Source of the DNA: an uncultured virus (IMG/VR IMGVR_UViG_2554235223_000001)
Taxonomy: Duplodnaviria; Heunggongvirae; Uroviricota; Caudoviricetes
DNA: 64,000 bases
Reading direction: 5' to 3' (one strand)
Virus record (IMG/VR): IMGVR_UViG_2554235223_000001
Shown: piece by piece, positions 30,791-40,352 of the stretch
Position numbering within the stretch: the first letter of the stretch is position 1
Layout: every line of letters starts with the position of its first letter
The notes under the pieces: generated by a model
What the model was told of the DNA's origin: nothing
Databases searched by the model: none
What the model saw: the letters and a program-made list of their open reading frames with translations, nothing else
Position numbers and translations under genes: made by a program

Positions 30791-31734
30791 GCAGGGGCTT
30801 CCAGCTTAATCAGTACGCCTGCAGTGGATTTGTTACTGGTGAAATGTTTCTTCCAGTTCGCACCGGTGCCGATTTTGGTCAGGTCAGGGTTAGCGCCCTT
30901 CGTCTCATCCCAGCTGTAACCCAGCAGTTCAACGTTAACCGTGCCCTCTGCGCGATAGCCAATGGCAAGGTTTTCCTGGTCGTTGATATCGTAGGAACGG
31001 AAGCCCGGAGCCTGTGATTCCGTTACGGATACCGCGCCGGCCACCAGCCCCAGAATCGCATCAACTGGCATGGTGTCAGTTACCAGCACCGGTTTACCCA
31101 ACGTGCCTGGCTGTCCGCCATAAACCACCACGCCAGCTTCTTCGTAAATTTTGTTGTCGATAGCCTGATCAACAATGTCGAAATAGGTCGTGGAATGCAT
31201 AACGAACAGCGCAACACGGTTAAATTTATCGCCGTATTTACGCAGGCCACGGGTCAGCGTTTTCTTACCATCAGTGGCAATATCCGCGGATACCGTCATG
31301 TCAGCATTTGCGCCAATGGCTGCAACAAGACCCTGTAGGGCATACTTGATATAACCTTCAAGCGTTGCATCAGCGACGTCGACGCCGATCACCTCGGAGA
31401 ATTCGCTAACGTCGCGACCCCGACGTTTAAACGCCTCCTCCGTGGTTTCATACGGGCCGTATTTCCACGGCGCCTTAACGCTGACAGATTCACCGGCACC
31501 GATTTTTTTACCCGTTACCGGGTCGGTGGAGTTAACGTTGCGCGATTCGATAGAACCACCAACTTTATAGAAGGTGCGCTTGCGAAAATCACCCTCGATC
31601 AGTTCGTTGTCGAGAATGATTGCGCCGTTTGAAGCGGCGTTGAAGACTTCCAGATTATCCTGGCGACGCTCAAGAAACGCAGTCTGCGCGAGGTCGTCAT
31701 AGATAATCAGGTCACTGTTTACGGTCGTAGGCAT
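30781..31734 (-). CDS. Major capsid protein
   Basis: 317 aa after scaffold; GTLGKPVLVTD motif. Confidence 0.85.
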   Translation of the reverse strand: MPTTVNSDLIIYDDLAQTAFLERRQDNLEVFNAASNGAIILDNELIEGDFRKRTFYKVGGSIESRNVNSTDPVTGKKIGAGESVSVKAPWKYGPYETTEEAFKRRGRDVSEFSEVIGVDVADATLEGYIKYALQGLVAAIGANADMTVSADIATDGKKTLTRGLRKYGDKFNRVALFVMHSTTYFDIVDQAIDNKIYEEAGVVVYGGQPGTLGKPVLVTDTMPVDAILGLVAGAVSVTESQAPGFRSYDINDQENLAIGYRAEGTVNVELLGYSWDETKGANPDLTKIGTGANWKKHFTSNKSTAGVLIKLEAPAGE

Positions 31735-31744
31735 TGATTAGTCC

Positions 31745-32530
31745 TTACTTAGGCAATTTGAGATAGGCCTGCTGGCCATGTTTGCGGATGTAGTCCGCTT
31801 TGTCGCTTGAGCTCATTTCTGAACGTTTCAGACTACCGCCACCGCCAGCGGGTTTATGACCACCAGCCCCGGAGCCTTCGGCGCGCGGGAACAGGTGCGG
31901 GGCCGTCTCTTTCAGAGATTCAGCCCACTCAACCGGGGTGAGCGGAGTTTTGCCGTCTTTACCGAACAGAACATCGCCATTTGCATCAACTGCTACGGCC
32001 TCGCCTTCGTCGTTGAGCTGGAATGTGCCTTTAGCACGAAGAATCAGATCGTCGGATGCTTCTGGCAGCGCGCCAGCCTTAAGCGCTGCGCTGCGGATAG
32101 CATCACCCAGGACACGATCACGGAATTTGTTGGAGAACGCTTCCGCCTTTTCAGCGCGTTCATTAGCGGCTTTGATTTGCTTATCAACATCAGCACGTAG
32201 CCGCTCAGTGCGTTTATCCAGTACCTCGTCAATTTTCCCGGCGGCGATCAGTTGCGCCTCTTCATCATCAGAGAAACGCTGGAGAATAGTTTTCACCGCG
32301 TCAGGATCGATACCTTCAAAACGCTTAAGCGACTCAGTGGACTCTTTGAGCTTACCGAGTAACTCACTATTTTTATTTTTCAGGCCTGAAACCTGAGCAC
32401 TGACCTGCTCATCGATCAGCTTTTGGATTTCCGGCGTAATCTCGGGCGCACCACTACCGGAGCCACCGCCATCACCACCTTCACCACCAGCTGCCGAATA
32501 ATATTTAATGAGCATGTTACGAATAAGCAT
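31745..32530 (-). CDS. Capsid scaffolding protein
   Basis: Coiled-coil ORF with PHLF and Gly-rich tail; precedes capsid gene. Confidence 0.75.
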   Translation of the reverse strand: MLIRNMLIKYYSAAGGEGGDGGGSGSGAPEITPEIQKLIDEQVSAQVSGLKNKNSELLGKLKESTESLKRFEGIDPDAVKTILQRFSDDEEAQLIAAGKIDEVLDKRTERLRADVDKQIKAANERAEKAEAFSNKFRDRVLGDAIRSAALKAGALPEASDDLILRAKGTFQLNDEGEAVAVDANGDVLFGKDGKTPLTPVEWAESLKETAPHLFPRAEGSGAGGHKPAGGGGSLKRSEMSSSDKADYIRKHGQQAYLKLPK

Positions 32531-32643
32531 GTTGTCCCCTTGGGATAGTAACTGTGGGCCTGGCCCAATAAAAAAGGCCGCCCTTAGGCAGCCTGTTGTA
32601 AATTTCAGATAATAAAAAAGCCGCGCTAAGGCGACCTCTTCAT

Positions 32644-32820
32644 TTAGCTATTTTCTAGCATATATTCTTTTGCATCTTTAATGGCTTTATCCATTCTCTG
32701 CAAAGAAGACTTTGGCTCTGCAATGCTTCGCACTGTGCAAATCTCTTTAATGAGCCCTCTTGCGATTACCAGCTCTTCATACAGGCTTGCAATAAGGTCT
32801 CTTTGTTTTTGTGAATCCAT
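32644..32820 (-). CDS. 58-aa hypothetical protein (not in ORF track)
   Basis: MDSQKQRDLIASLYEELVIARG...ENS*; GAGG RBS; terminator at ~32612-32637. Confidence 0.6.
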   Translation of the reverse strand: MDSQKQRDLIASLYEELVIARGLIKEICTVRSIAEPKSSLQRMDKAIKDAKEYMLENS

Positions 32821-32916
32821 AACAACCTCGTCTCGTTGCTTGTCGGGTTATTGGTTGTAGGTGGTGACGATTCCGCTTTTCGGGAGCGACCCTAGCCACT
32901 GACAATACAATTAGGT

Positions 32917-33048
32917 GTGGTGGCCGGTGCTGCCACGGCATTCTGATACTTCAGAACGGCGGGGACTCACCGAAGTGAGTCTGGTTTCCGGCTTGCCCGT
33001 TTCTCACGGGACGCTTTGGCGCGCAGGTCAGCATCCTGCATTCACCAC
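32917..33048 (-). ncRNA. Candidate multibranched structured RNA, copy A
   Basis: Closing stem GTGGTG/CACCAC, five hairpins, complementary first and last loops; strand inferred from the late operon. Confidence 0.6.
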
Positions 33049-33060
33049 GAATTTACTCTA

Positions 33061-34173
33061 TCACACTCTGGCATCCTTAAACGCCTGCGCGTCAAGGTTG
33101 CGCAATTGGTCAAGCGTCAGCCACTCGCCCCTGTCGTTGTAGAACTCATCGGGAGACATGCCGCCATCACGAATCAGCCTGGCGCGCGTTTCTCCGACAA
33201 TCTCAGCTTGTCGCGTGAACGACTGCCGGGAGAACCAGTCCTGGTAATTCGTGTCAGCCGGAACCTGTCCATCCATGCTGGCGCGTGAGCTATCCTTGAT
33301 TTCGCCGAATTTAATACCCAATTCCTCGGACGATTTCAGGATGTAAGTTTCGGTGCTCCGACAGCAAAAGTGGATTTTCCCCGGCCCCTGCAAATAAGGC
33401 ACCTTGTGTCCTATCGGTTTGTTATCCAGCGTGTACTTGAGTCGGTCGCGGATCCGACAATCCTTTGATGTCCGGTTATCCAAAGTGGATAACCACTGCT
33501 TACCCTTCAGAATGTCGTCGTTCGCCGACGCAAAGCTTTGTCTTGCTGTTGATGCAAGATGCCCTACTGCCGTTTTTGCAATGCTGGCTGCATTGGCCCG
33601 GCTCATCTGCAGCGCACCATCCTGGTAACCACGATTAGCATGGCCACGGACCTTTTTTGCGATTTGCTCCTGCGTATCGCCCAGCAGGAATCCCTGCCGC
33701 ACCGTATTGGATATCCGCGCCATCCGATCAGCTTCGAGGTTGCTGGCCCATTCACTCAGCAAACGTCCCTGGAATGGACGCCCCATCGCCGCGGCATAAA
33801 CCGCATCCGGGGAGATGCCCACCAGCGGATGAAGAGCAAGAACATCGTCGGGAATGGCAAACTGGAAGAGGCTCATCTGAAAAGTGGCTTCGTGCTTCGC
33901 CAGTTCCTGCAACTCGGCAGTAAGAGCTGCATACATCGACTGAATCGCATCCTTGTTTATCGCCCTGACGCTTACCAGTAACGCTTCCAGCCTAGAAACG
34001 GTAAAGCTCTCAGCGTCCAGCGTATCAATAGCCACCAGCAACCTTGCGGTAAGTTCGGCGTCGCTGTCATTCAGGACTTTTATCATCCTGTTGGCAACGC
34101 CGGTGCTGTAGCGACTAACCCATATAGCGTGGGCTATGGATTCATCATGCAGTTTGTCATTCGCCGTTGCCAT
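33061..34173 (-). CDS. Minor head protein (SPP1 gp7/MuF family)
   Basis: QWLSTLDNRTSKDC..RD and HFCCRS motifs. Confidence 0.85.
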   Translation of the reverse strand: MATANDKLHDESIAHAIWVSRYSTGVANRMIKVLNDSDAELTARLLVAIDTLDAESFTVSRLEALLVSVRAINKDAIQSMYAALTAELQELAKHEATFQMSLFQFAIPDDVLALHPLVGISPDAVYAAAMGRPFQGRLLSEWASNLEADRMARISNTVRQGFLLGDTQEQIAKKVRGHANRGYQDGALQMSRANAASIAKTAVGHLASTARQSFASANDDILKGKQWLSTLDNRTSKDCRIRDRLKYTLDNKPIGHKVPYLQGPGKIHFCCRSTETYILKSSEELGIKFGEIKDSSRASMDGQVPADTNYQDWFSRQSFTRQAEIVGETRARLIRDGGMSPDEFYNDRGEWLTLDQLRNLDAQAFKDARV

Positions 34174-35557
34174 TATTGCCACCAATCAGGTTAGGCGCGC
34201 CGTTACGAATAGCGTCAATGACAGTTTCAGGGTCGTCAGCAGGATCTATCAGGTCAAGCCTCTGCAGAGCTCTGACCATATCAGTGTCGCGAATCGCACC
34301 GTACTGCCAGGCATTGACGATTGCCGTTACCATGCCGGATTCTGCGACTTTGGCGATAAACTCCTGATTGATGCTGTAACGATATTCCTCGCCTTTTATG
34401 CCGAGATATCTGGCGCACCAGCCGAGCGCCAGCGTATAGGCCTCCGAGACATTGGAAACGCAAATGCCGAGCACCGATGTGGATGCGGTTTGCTCGCCGC
34501 TGGATTGCGTGGCGGTTTTAACCGCGCCGTTCTGCTCGATAAGCCGGGCGCCAAGCTGAACAGAATAATCACGCTTACTGTCCATCGCCTCTTTAGCCAG
34601 GGTGTTTGGTTGCGCCTGAGCATAGGTAAAACTCCCCTCCTTCGGCAGCAGGAATGGAGAACGAGAACCGACACGAATTCCCTTATCCTGCAGCCAGTCA
34701 CGCCAGGCGGTATCAAGCCCGGAAATCACCGGCTGAACCTGACCGCAGAAAAATACGCTGTCTTCGTAATCCGCCGAATTTCGATAATGACCAAGGTTAA
34801 TTTCAACGAGGGCGGCTAAAGGCGACTCGTCGATGGTGGGATCATTATTCTGCGCACCAACGAAGGTAAAGGGGATCTCATCCCAGAAATCCTCACCTTT
34901 TGGCTTAGGATGATACTCGGAAGTGACGGAAAAAGAGCCTGCGTCAGCTGACTTTCGCCATACCCGGCAGACAAACTTTCCGTTCTCCAGAGCCAGTTCG
35001 CGATACTGGATTTCATCCTCGTACGCAAAACCATCTTCCTTTTCCATGCATTCGCGTAAAACCACCAGCACCAGTTGATCACGCCCATTGATGCGTTTGG
35101 TGCGCCAGTTAATGATGCTTTCCGCCTGATAACGAAGGATGATCGCCTCGTCGGTCTCAGCTGCATAATCCGTATAAAGCCCCTCGCGCGCGGCCTCCAG
35201 AATATTTTCTGTAACCTGCTGGGACTGCTGATAAATGCTGGCACCAGCACCATCGGCGTTGTCACGAAGATAATTCAGTTTATCCGGCGCGGTCATGGTC
35301 GGGTCTTTTCTGAATGCCAGCCCCAGTAGACCCACTTTTGTATTGCCCGTTATCGCGTAGAAAACGGCGCGCTGAATGTAATCAGCATTGCGCTTTTTAT
35401 TGCGTGCAGACTTATCGGACGGATCCAGAAAAGGGAGGTATTCATTCCCGGCGGCCTTTACAGCATCAGCCCCTTTGCACACGTCACGAATTTTTTTCCA
35501 CACGGGCATTGCCGCCCTGACCTCAGGGCGAACGTAAGTAATATCGTTATTGGCCAT
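34157..35557 (-). CDS. Portal protein (DUF4055-like)
   Basis: Follows terminase; YIQRAVFY and NLGHYRNSADY motifs. Confidence 0.8.
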   Translation of the reverse strand: MANNDITYVRPEVRAAMPVWKKIRDVCKGADAVKAAGNEYLPFLDPSDKSARNKKRNADYIQRAVFYAITGNTKVGLLGLAFRKDPTMTAPDKLNYLRDNADGAGASIYQQSQQVTENILEAAREGLYTDYAAETDEAIILRYQAESIINWRTKRINGRDQLVLVVLRECMEKEDGFAYEDEIQYRELALENGKFVCRVWRKSADAGSFSVTSEYHPKPKGEDFWDEIPFTFVGAQNNDPTIDESPLAALVEINLGHYRNSADYEDSVFFCGQVQPVISGLDTAWRDWLQDKGIRVGSRSPFLLPKEGSFTYAQAQPNTLAKEAMDSKRDYSVQLGARLIEQNGAVKTATQSSGEQTASTSVLGICVSNVSEAYTLALGWCARYLGIKGEEYRYSINQEFIAKVAESGMVTAIVNAWQYGAIRDTDMVRALQRLDLIDPADDPETVIDAIRNGAPNLIGGNNGNGE

Positions 35558-36864
35558 CAGAATGTCGTGTCCAGTGAAATAGAGAATGCAGGTCGAACGA
35601 TTGGGAATTGCTTCACAATGAAGTAACCGGCAGCATCGTTGGGGTGATCGTTATCGCTCTTTTTATCCGGCTCGCCATTTTTATCCCACACCTGTTGTTC
35701 CAGGCAGTCGGCATAGACCGGGCAACGGGCCACATTCACCTTGTACCGGCGATCGCCATTACCATTGCAGAACATGGCGTTCATGGAGTTAATGCGGTCC
35801 TTTACCGGCGGGTTAGCATCATCAACGATGACGTTAAATCCGGCCTGCCGGAGCTGCTCAATATCTGTTTTGCTGGCGTTGTTTGACTTCCTGGAATCAC
35901 CAGAGGCATCCGGGTAAATATAAATCTCGCGGACCTTGCGGTAGTCACCGTCGGCATACAGCCAGAAACGTTCCTTGATGATGCGTATCATGTCGGGCGT
36001 ATCGTAAGCGTTGATAATCTCTGTTACCGCGTGTGGTAAGCCGAGCCGCAATACATGGACGATCCCGGCCATCTTCCCGACGTTGAAATCCATCCCGATA
36101 TACAGCGCTTCACCTGGCTGCTCTTCCTCACTGGAATTATTCAGCACTCTGTCGAACTGATGATAAATGGTGCCGCTGGTCAGGTTAGTAAACTGGCCGT
36201 TCAGATATGCCTTGATCAATTCCGGCGGGTAACTCGCCAGAAGCGAAGGAATATAGTCATCCGGCAGGTTCTTTTCGTTGTCGAATGTCGAAGCCTGTAC
36301 CAGACCATACATCGACCTTAGTTCAGGCTTTTCCCTCACAGCCTTAACAAACTGGTTATAGACGAACTTAAATCCTTCAGGTGTGGTAGTCACGTCAATG
36401 CCATTACGCAGACCATCAACTTTATAACGCATACGCGCGATTATTTTTCGCCACGCCTGACGCGCCTTATCCGCTTTCAGAACGTCGAGTTCATCCACCA
36501 GCGCATTGCCGATTTTAAAGCCTACTATCGTGTCGGGCTTTTCCATCGACCGACAAATTGTCGTGCCGCGGTACTGGCGCCCACTGTAGAAATGGACCTC
36601 TTTGTTGCTTTCAACGATTTTGACTTTCAGTCCCCAGTCGTGAGCAACTTCTTCCACCGTGGGGTAGAAAATATCGCGGATCTGAGGATAAGTCGGGGCA
36701 AAGTAGCCCTGGTTTATTTTGGGGAACTCCCAGAACCCTTTGCATATTCCACCGCAGCCAACCCATGTCTTACCGGATCCAAAACCAGCTACATAGGCTT
36801 TAAACTTCTGCTGCATAGCCAGAAAACGAGCCTGGGGAACGTTAAGCGTCGGAGCTATCGCCAT
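35557..36864 (-). CDS. Terminase large subunit
   Basis: Walker A GFGSGKT, Walker B LVDE, TTTPEG; nuclease GMDFN and DHPNDA. Confidence 0.93.
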   Translation of the reverse strand: MAIAPTLNVPQARFLAMQQKFKAYVAGFGSGKTWVGCGGICKGFWEFPKINQGYFAPTYPQIRDIFYPTVEEVAHDWGLKVKIVESNKEVHFYSGRQYRGTTICRSMEKPDTIVGFKIGNALVDELDVLKADKARQAWRKIIARMRYKVDGLRNGIDVTTTPEGFKFVYNQFVKAVREKPELRSMYGLVQASTFDNEKNLPDDYIPSLLASYPPELIKAYLNGQFTNLTSGTIYHQFDRVLNNSSEEEQPGEALYIGMDFNVGKMAGIVHVLRLGLPHAVTEIINAYDTPDMIRIIKERFWLYADGDYRKVREIYIYPDASGDSRKSNNASKTDIEQLRQAGFNVIVDDANPPVKDRINSMNAMFCNGNGDRRYKVNVARCPVYADCLEQQVWDKNGEPDKKSDNDHPNDAAGYFIVKQFPIVRPAFSISLDTTF

Positions 36865-37846
36865 CCTCTTCCCTCACTCGCGCATCGACTACGTTGATAT
36901 TGATCGCAACTGGCGTTGGTTCGTCATCTTCCGGGTCAGCGGCCAGCTCTTTACGGAGCTTGTCGATCTCCAGCTGCCGGCGCTCGATTTCAATCTGCTG
37001 TAGACGCTGGGTGAACTCACTGTCAGCCAGGCCGAGACGTTTCATCACCGCCTCGTACATTCGCTCGCGGCTGATAGCGGTTATCTCCACGCCATTCTTC
37101 CCGAGCTTAACGCCGGAATAGGCAAGCGCAGCATCAGGCGCCAGCTTGCGCGTATCGGCGAAGAATGGCTGGCCGACGCCATCACCATTGCAGCGAGGAC
37201 ATTCCGGGTTAGGTGCGCTGGTGTGGTTGTAACCGTAGCCGCCATCATCCAAAGGCTCTCGACGTTTACGCTCAAGCGCTTCAAGCCGCTTCTCTTCGTA
37301 CTCCACCGCATCGCGCCATTGATACTGGTGACCGAAGCCCCAGCAGTAGCGGCAGCTCCCGCGGCGATACTGAGAAAGTTGGTTGGCGTCGAATGTTGCC
37401 AGCCGCCACATCTGCTCAAGCACTTCATCAGCGCTGCCAAGCGTGCGCACAATGGATGCTTTCTGCTGCTGCGCAATGGCCTGCGCAACTGAAGTTTTCT
37501 GAAGCAGCTGATAGCCAATTTGTTCAGCAGTCTTCTTGCTGTACCCGGCACGGATAGCGGCCTGCGTGGCGTTGTGGTCCTTCAGGTATTCTGCGACAAA
37601 TAAACGTTGCTGATCGGTGAGGCCATCATCATCCACCAGCTCTTCTGCGCACTTTTCCTTTTGCGCAGTGCGCAATTTCTTCTGCGCAGGTTTTTGCGCA
37701 GTTTGCGCAGTGGGTTTCTTGATGTATCGGCGGGCAGTAGCGTAATTCAGTCCCTGCGCTTCACACCAATCCTTCGGTGATACGCCGGTTGCGGCATGAT
37801 CGGACAGGAACCGTTGCTGAAGCTCGCCCCAGTCCGGTTTTGCCAT
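36842..37846 (-). CDS. Terminase small subunit (long, with Zn finger)
   Basis: NATQAAIRAGYSKKTA HTH; CRYC..CPRC. Confidence 0.88.
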   Translation of the reverse strand: MAKPDWGELQQRFLSDHAATGVSPKDWCEAQGLNYATARRYIKKPTAQTAQKPAQKKLRTAQKEKCAEELVDDDGLTDQQRLFVAEYLKDHNATQAAIRAGYSKKTAEQIGYQLLQKTSVAQAIAQQQKASIVRTLGSADEVLEQMWRLATFDANQLSQYRRGSCRYCWGFGHQYQWRDAVEYEEKRLEALERKRREPLDDGGYGYNHTSAPNPECPRCNGDGVGQPFFADTRKLAPDAALAYSGVKLGKNGVEITAISRERMYEAVMKRLGLADSEFTQRLQQIEIERRQLEIDKLRKELAADPEDDEPTPVAININVVDARVREEDGDSSDA

Positions 37847-37950
37847 GGATTATTCCTATTTAACGTGAAGGAGAAAAAGGAATTACTGATTCTCCATAAA
37901 ATATTCACTTTTATGTTTTGGAATTAAGGCTCTTTAGTTCAGGAGTTATT

Positions 37951-38091
37951 ATGAAAAGAATTATGCTTGTTGTTTTTGTTATCTGTGGTGCGCTGTCTCT
38001 TTCAGGATGCATTTTGCCTCCGGGAGGCCCGGGCGGCGGACATGGTGGTGGTCCTGGCGGCGGGTTCTCACATGGTCCGGGTTTGCGTTAA
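37951..38091 (+). CDS. 46-aa Gly/Pro/His-rich lipoprotein (not in ORF track)
   Basis: MKRIMLVVFVICGALSLSGC-ILPPGGPGGGHGGGPGGGFSHGPGLR; AGGAG RBS; downstream hairpin. Confidence 0.75.
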   Translation: MKRIMLVVFVICGALSLSGCILPPGGPGGGHGGGPGGGFSHGPGLR

Positions 38092-38194
38092 TAACAGAAG
38101 GCCCTTTTCAGGGCCTATTCGTATCAGTTGGTATCAGTCGATACCTCCTTTCCTGAACGAAAACAATACTTCCATAGGCACCAACTGTAATGCC

Positions 38195-38440
38195 TTAGCT
38201 GGCCTGCTCAGCTGCGGTATCAAACAGCGCCAGCGCTTCGGTCGCTTCCTGAATCGCTTTACGGGTCTTCGAGACAATCTCACTTTCAGTGAAGACGCGA
38301 TCGAAAGAGTCAGCGAATAGCTCAGCTTTCAGATTGCTATCACCAACCCAGTCAATGGCCAGCTTGGCCGCTGCGGTGTCGTAGTTAACTTTCTTGATGA
38401 TATCCAGGCGGATTTGCTCGGATGTGGTGATCTCTGACAT
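38195..38440 (-). CDS. Hypothetical phage protein (DUF2560-like)
   Basis: IRLDIIKKVNYDTAAAKLAI; GAGG RBS. Confidence 0.6.
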   Translation of the reverse strand: MSEITTSEQIRLDIIKKVNYDTAAAKLAIDWVGDSNLKAELFADSFDRVFTESEIVSKTRKAIQEATEALALFDTAAEQAS

Positions 38441-38724
38441 GTCTTACCTCTGTGCGATGTGGGAAATATTATAGAAACCACTCGGCAGAATAGCTTCTGT
38501 AATGCTTTCCCACTATCCGAGGGAGTCACTCTTATGCCCTTGAATTGCTGTCAACCGTCATTGCGGTGCTTGTCGCAGCAGCCTGAGCGGTCCGTAATTA
38601 TGCTTGCACATCCGCGCTTACGACATGCGGGGGAATTAACGGTGGCATTGGTTACTACTTAGCATTCGAGGCGCAATAAAAAGCCCCGCACAAACGGGGC
38701 TGTAGATTCAGATAAATGGTTTGG

Positions 38725-38949
38725 CTACTGGTAGCTATCTGCAAAATGCCCTTCGATCTGAGATCTGACATCAACAGCTTCGTCTAACTTTAAGGAATCA
38801 TGGCCCTTAATATGGAAATGAGGCTCATATGCATAAATCGTAATAAACGCATATGATCCTTCATCTCCTGAAAAAATCTCATATTTGACGCGAGAAAGAC
38901 CGGTACCAACTAACATGTATGTATCCAGAAGCTTATGGGTATTCATCAT
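38725..38949 (-). CDS. Hypothetical protein
   Basis: 74-aa ORF, AAGGA RBS, downstream terminator. Confidence 0.55.
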   Translation of the reverse strand: MMNTHKLLDTYMLVGTGLSRVKYEIFSGDEGSYAFITIYAYEPHFHIKGHDSLKLDEAVDVRSQIEGHFADSYQ

Positions 38950-39052
38950 CCATTCCTTTTCCTTTAAAAATCCTTATCAGCATACATGAATTCGATGGAT
39001 GACGGCAGCTATGGATCCTTACAGACGTCGAAATAACCTCAATATCAGAGAG

Positions 39053-39265
39053 TCAATACCCACGCAGCCCCCCAAGAATGCCAAAAAATAAAGCGGCAAT
39101 CAGCCACGCAAGCGCAGCCTTCTTCATTAACACTCCGTAAAATGCTATGGACATTGCCAGACACAGTGTTATAAAAACTGGCCACATAGTTAATAACAAA
39201 AACAAATAACCAAATAATCCACTATTAATAGTTATATTCACTACTGACTTAACCCTGACGTTCAA
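39053..39265 (-). CDS. Small membrane protein
   Basis: Hydrophobic 70-aa ORF; start uncertain. Confidence 0.5.
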   Translation of the reverse strand: MNVRVKSVVNITINSGLFGYLFLLLTMWPVFITLCLAMSIAFYGVLMKKAALAWLIAALFFGILGGLRGY

Positions 39266-39686
39266 AATATGAACTGCATCTCATGACAGCATGCAATCTG
39301 CTTTTCCTGGTGAACTATAGCATTATCTATGGCACTCAGTGAATGCTCGATTCCTCAGTTGCTGAACTCCGCTAATTGATACACGCCCGCTACGCTTGTT
39401 ATATCCGAAATGTTACCTAAACTAAGTTATGACTTTGCTCTGCCATGACAAAGTCTGCCGTTCTACCCGTGAGCTCAGGGATGAGCCACTCTCAAGCCTT
39501 CTAGGCTCTCAGTTTTATTCTCAACCAGTAGATAATAAACCAACTATGTGGCTACAATCCGCCATTGGCTGGCTGTTCAGCACCCCGTAGTTTTGGGATT
39601 TCCTCCACGGGGTTTTTTATCAGGCTTTAACCCGATCTTTCGGTTTAGCATTATCGAAGCCCCTAGCTCAGGAGCTTCTGTAATGC

Positions 39687-39887
39687 CTACTGCTGGACCC
39701 TGTGTTCGTAACGGGAAATGGTCTTGCCGTTTGCGTTCATCACATAGGCAACCTCTCCCTGCTTCAGGAATACGTTCTGGTCCATTCCCGATACGGCAAT
39801 ACTCTGCTGGTTGGGGTTGAAACCAACACTCAGGCCACAATGGATTTCTTCGCCACCATCTGGTGACATCACTTTTACTGTTAACAT
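39687..39887 (-). CDS. Hypothetical phage protein
   Basis: Starts MLTVKVMSPDGG after AGGAG RBS. Confidence 0.6.
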   Translation of the reverse strand: MLTVKVMSPDGGEEIHCGLSVGFNPNQQSIAVSGMDQNVFLKQGEVAYVMNANGKTISRYEHRVQQ

Positions 39888-39943
39888 GCTTCTTCTCCTG
39901 CTTCTGGTAATAAAAAGCCCCGCTATTGCGAGGCCTTGGTTAG

Positions 39944-40156
39944 TCATAATTTCGGACAGTTGGCCTGTACCGATTTGTTGTGCGCCAGAATGTCGCGCTT
40001 GGTCTGCATATCCATCACGTCAATATCGTGGTCGGTCAGGTAGATGACCCTCACCCAGCTGCAGGCCGTATCAACGACTACCGGGGCGGGTAAATCTTTC
40101 GCGCAGCTCGCGATCAACATCGTCATCGCCCATACGCTTAACGTCTTCCTGTACAT
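39944..40156 (-). CDS. o-spanin (Rz1-like lipoprotein)
   Basis: IASC lipobox; overlaps i-spanin 3' end in another frame. Confidence 0.75.
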   Translation of the reverse strand: MYRKTLSVWAMTMLIASCAKDLPAPVVVDTACSWVRVIYLTDHDIDVMDMQTKRDILAHNKSVQANCPKL

Positions 40157-40352
40157 CACTGGCCCCTTTCACAACTTCCGCCTTACGTTCTGCCGCGGCG
40201 ACGGTGGCGGCGGCGTTCTCTTCGGTACGCTGCTGATCGGCTTTGGCTTCCGCCTTACTGGTCCCGCGAGCGTGGCCGATGCCGAACGCGCCAGCGATAG
40301 CACCCAGGATGACAACCACCAGCCCCGCGATTGCTTCGATTCCCATGATCAC
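40071..40352 (-). CDS. i-spanin (Rz-like)
   Basis: N-terminal TM plus coiled coil; follows endolysin. Confidence 0.75.
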   Translation of the reverse strand: MIMGIEAIAGLVVVILGAIAGAFGIGHARGTSKAEAKADQQRTEENAAATVAAAERKAEVVKGASDVQEDVKRMGDDDVDRELRERFTRPGSR

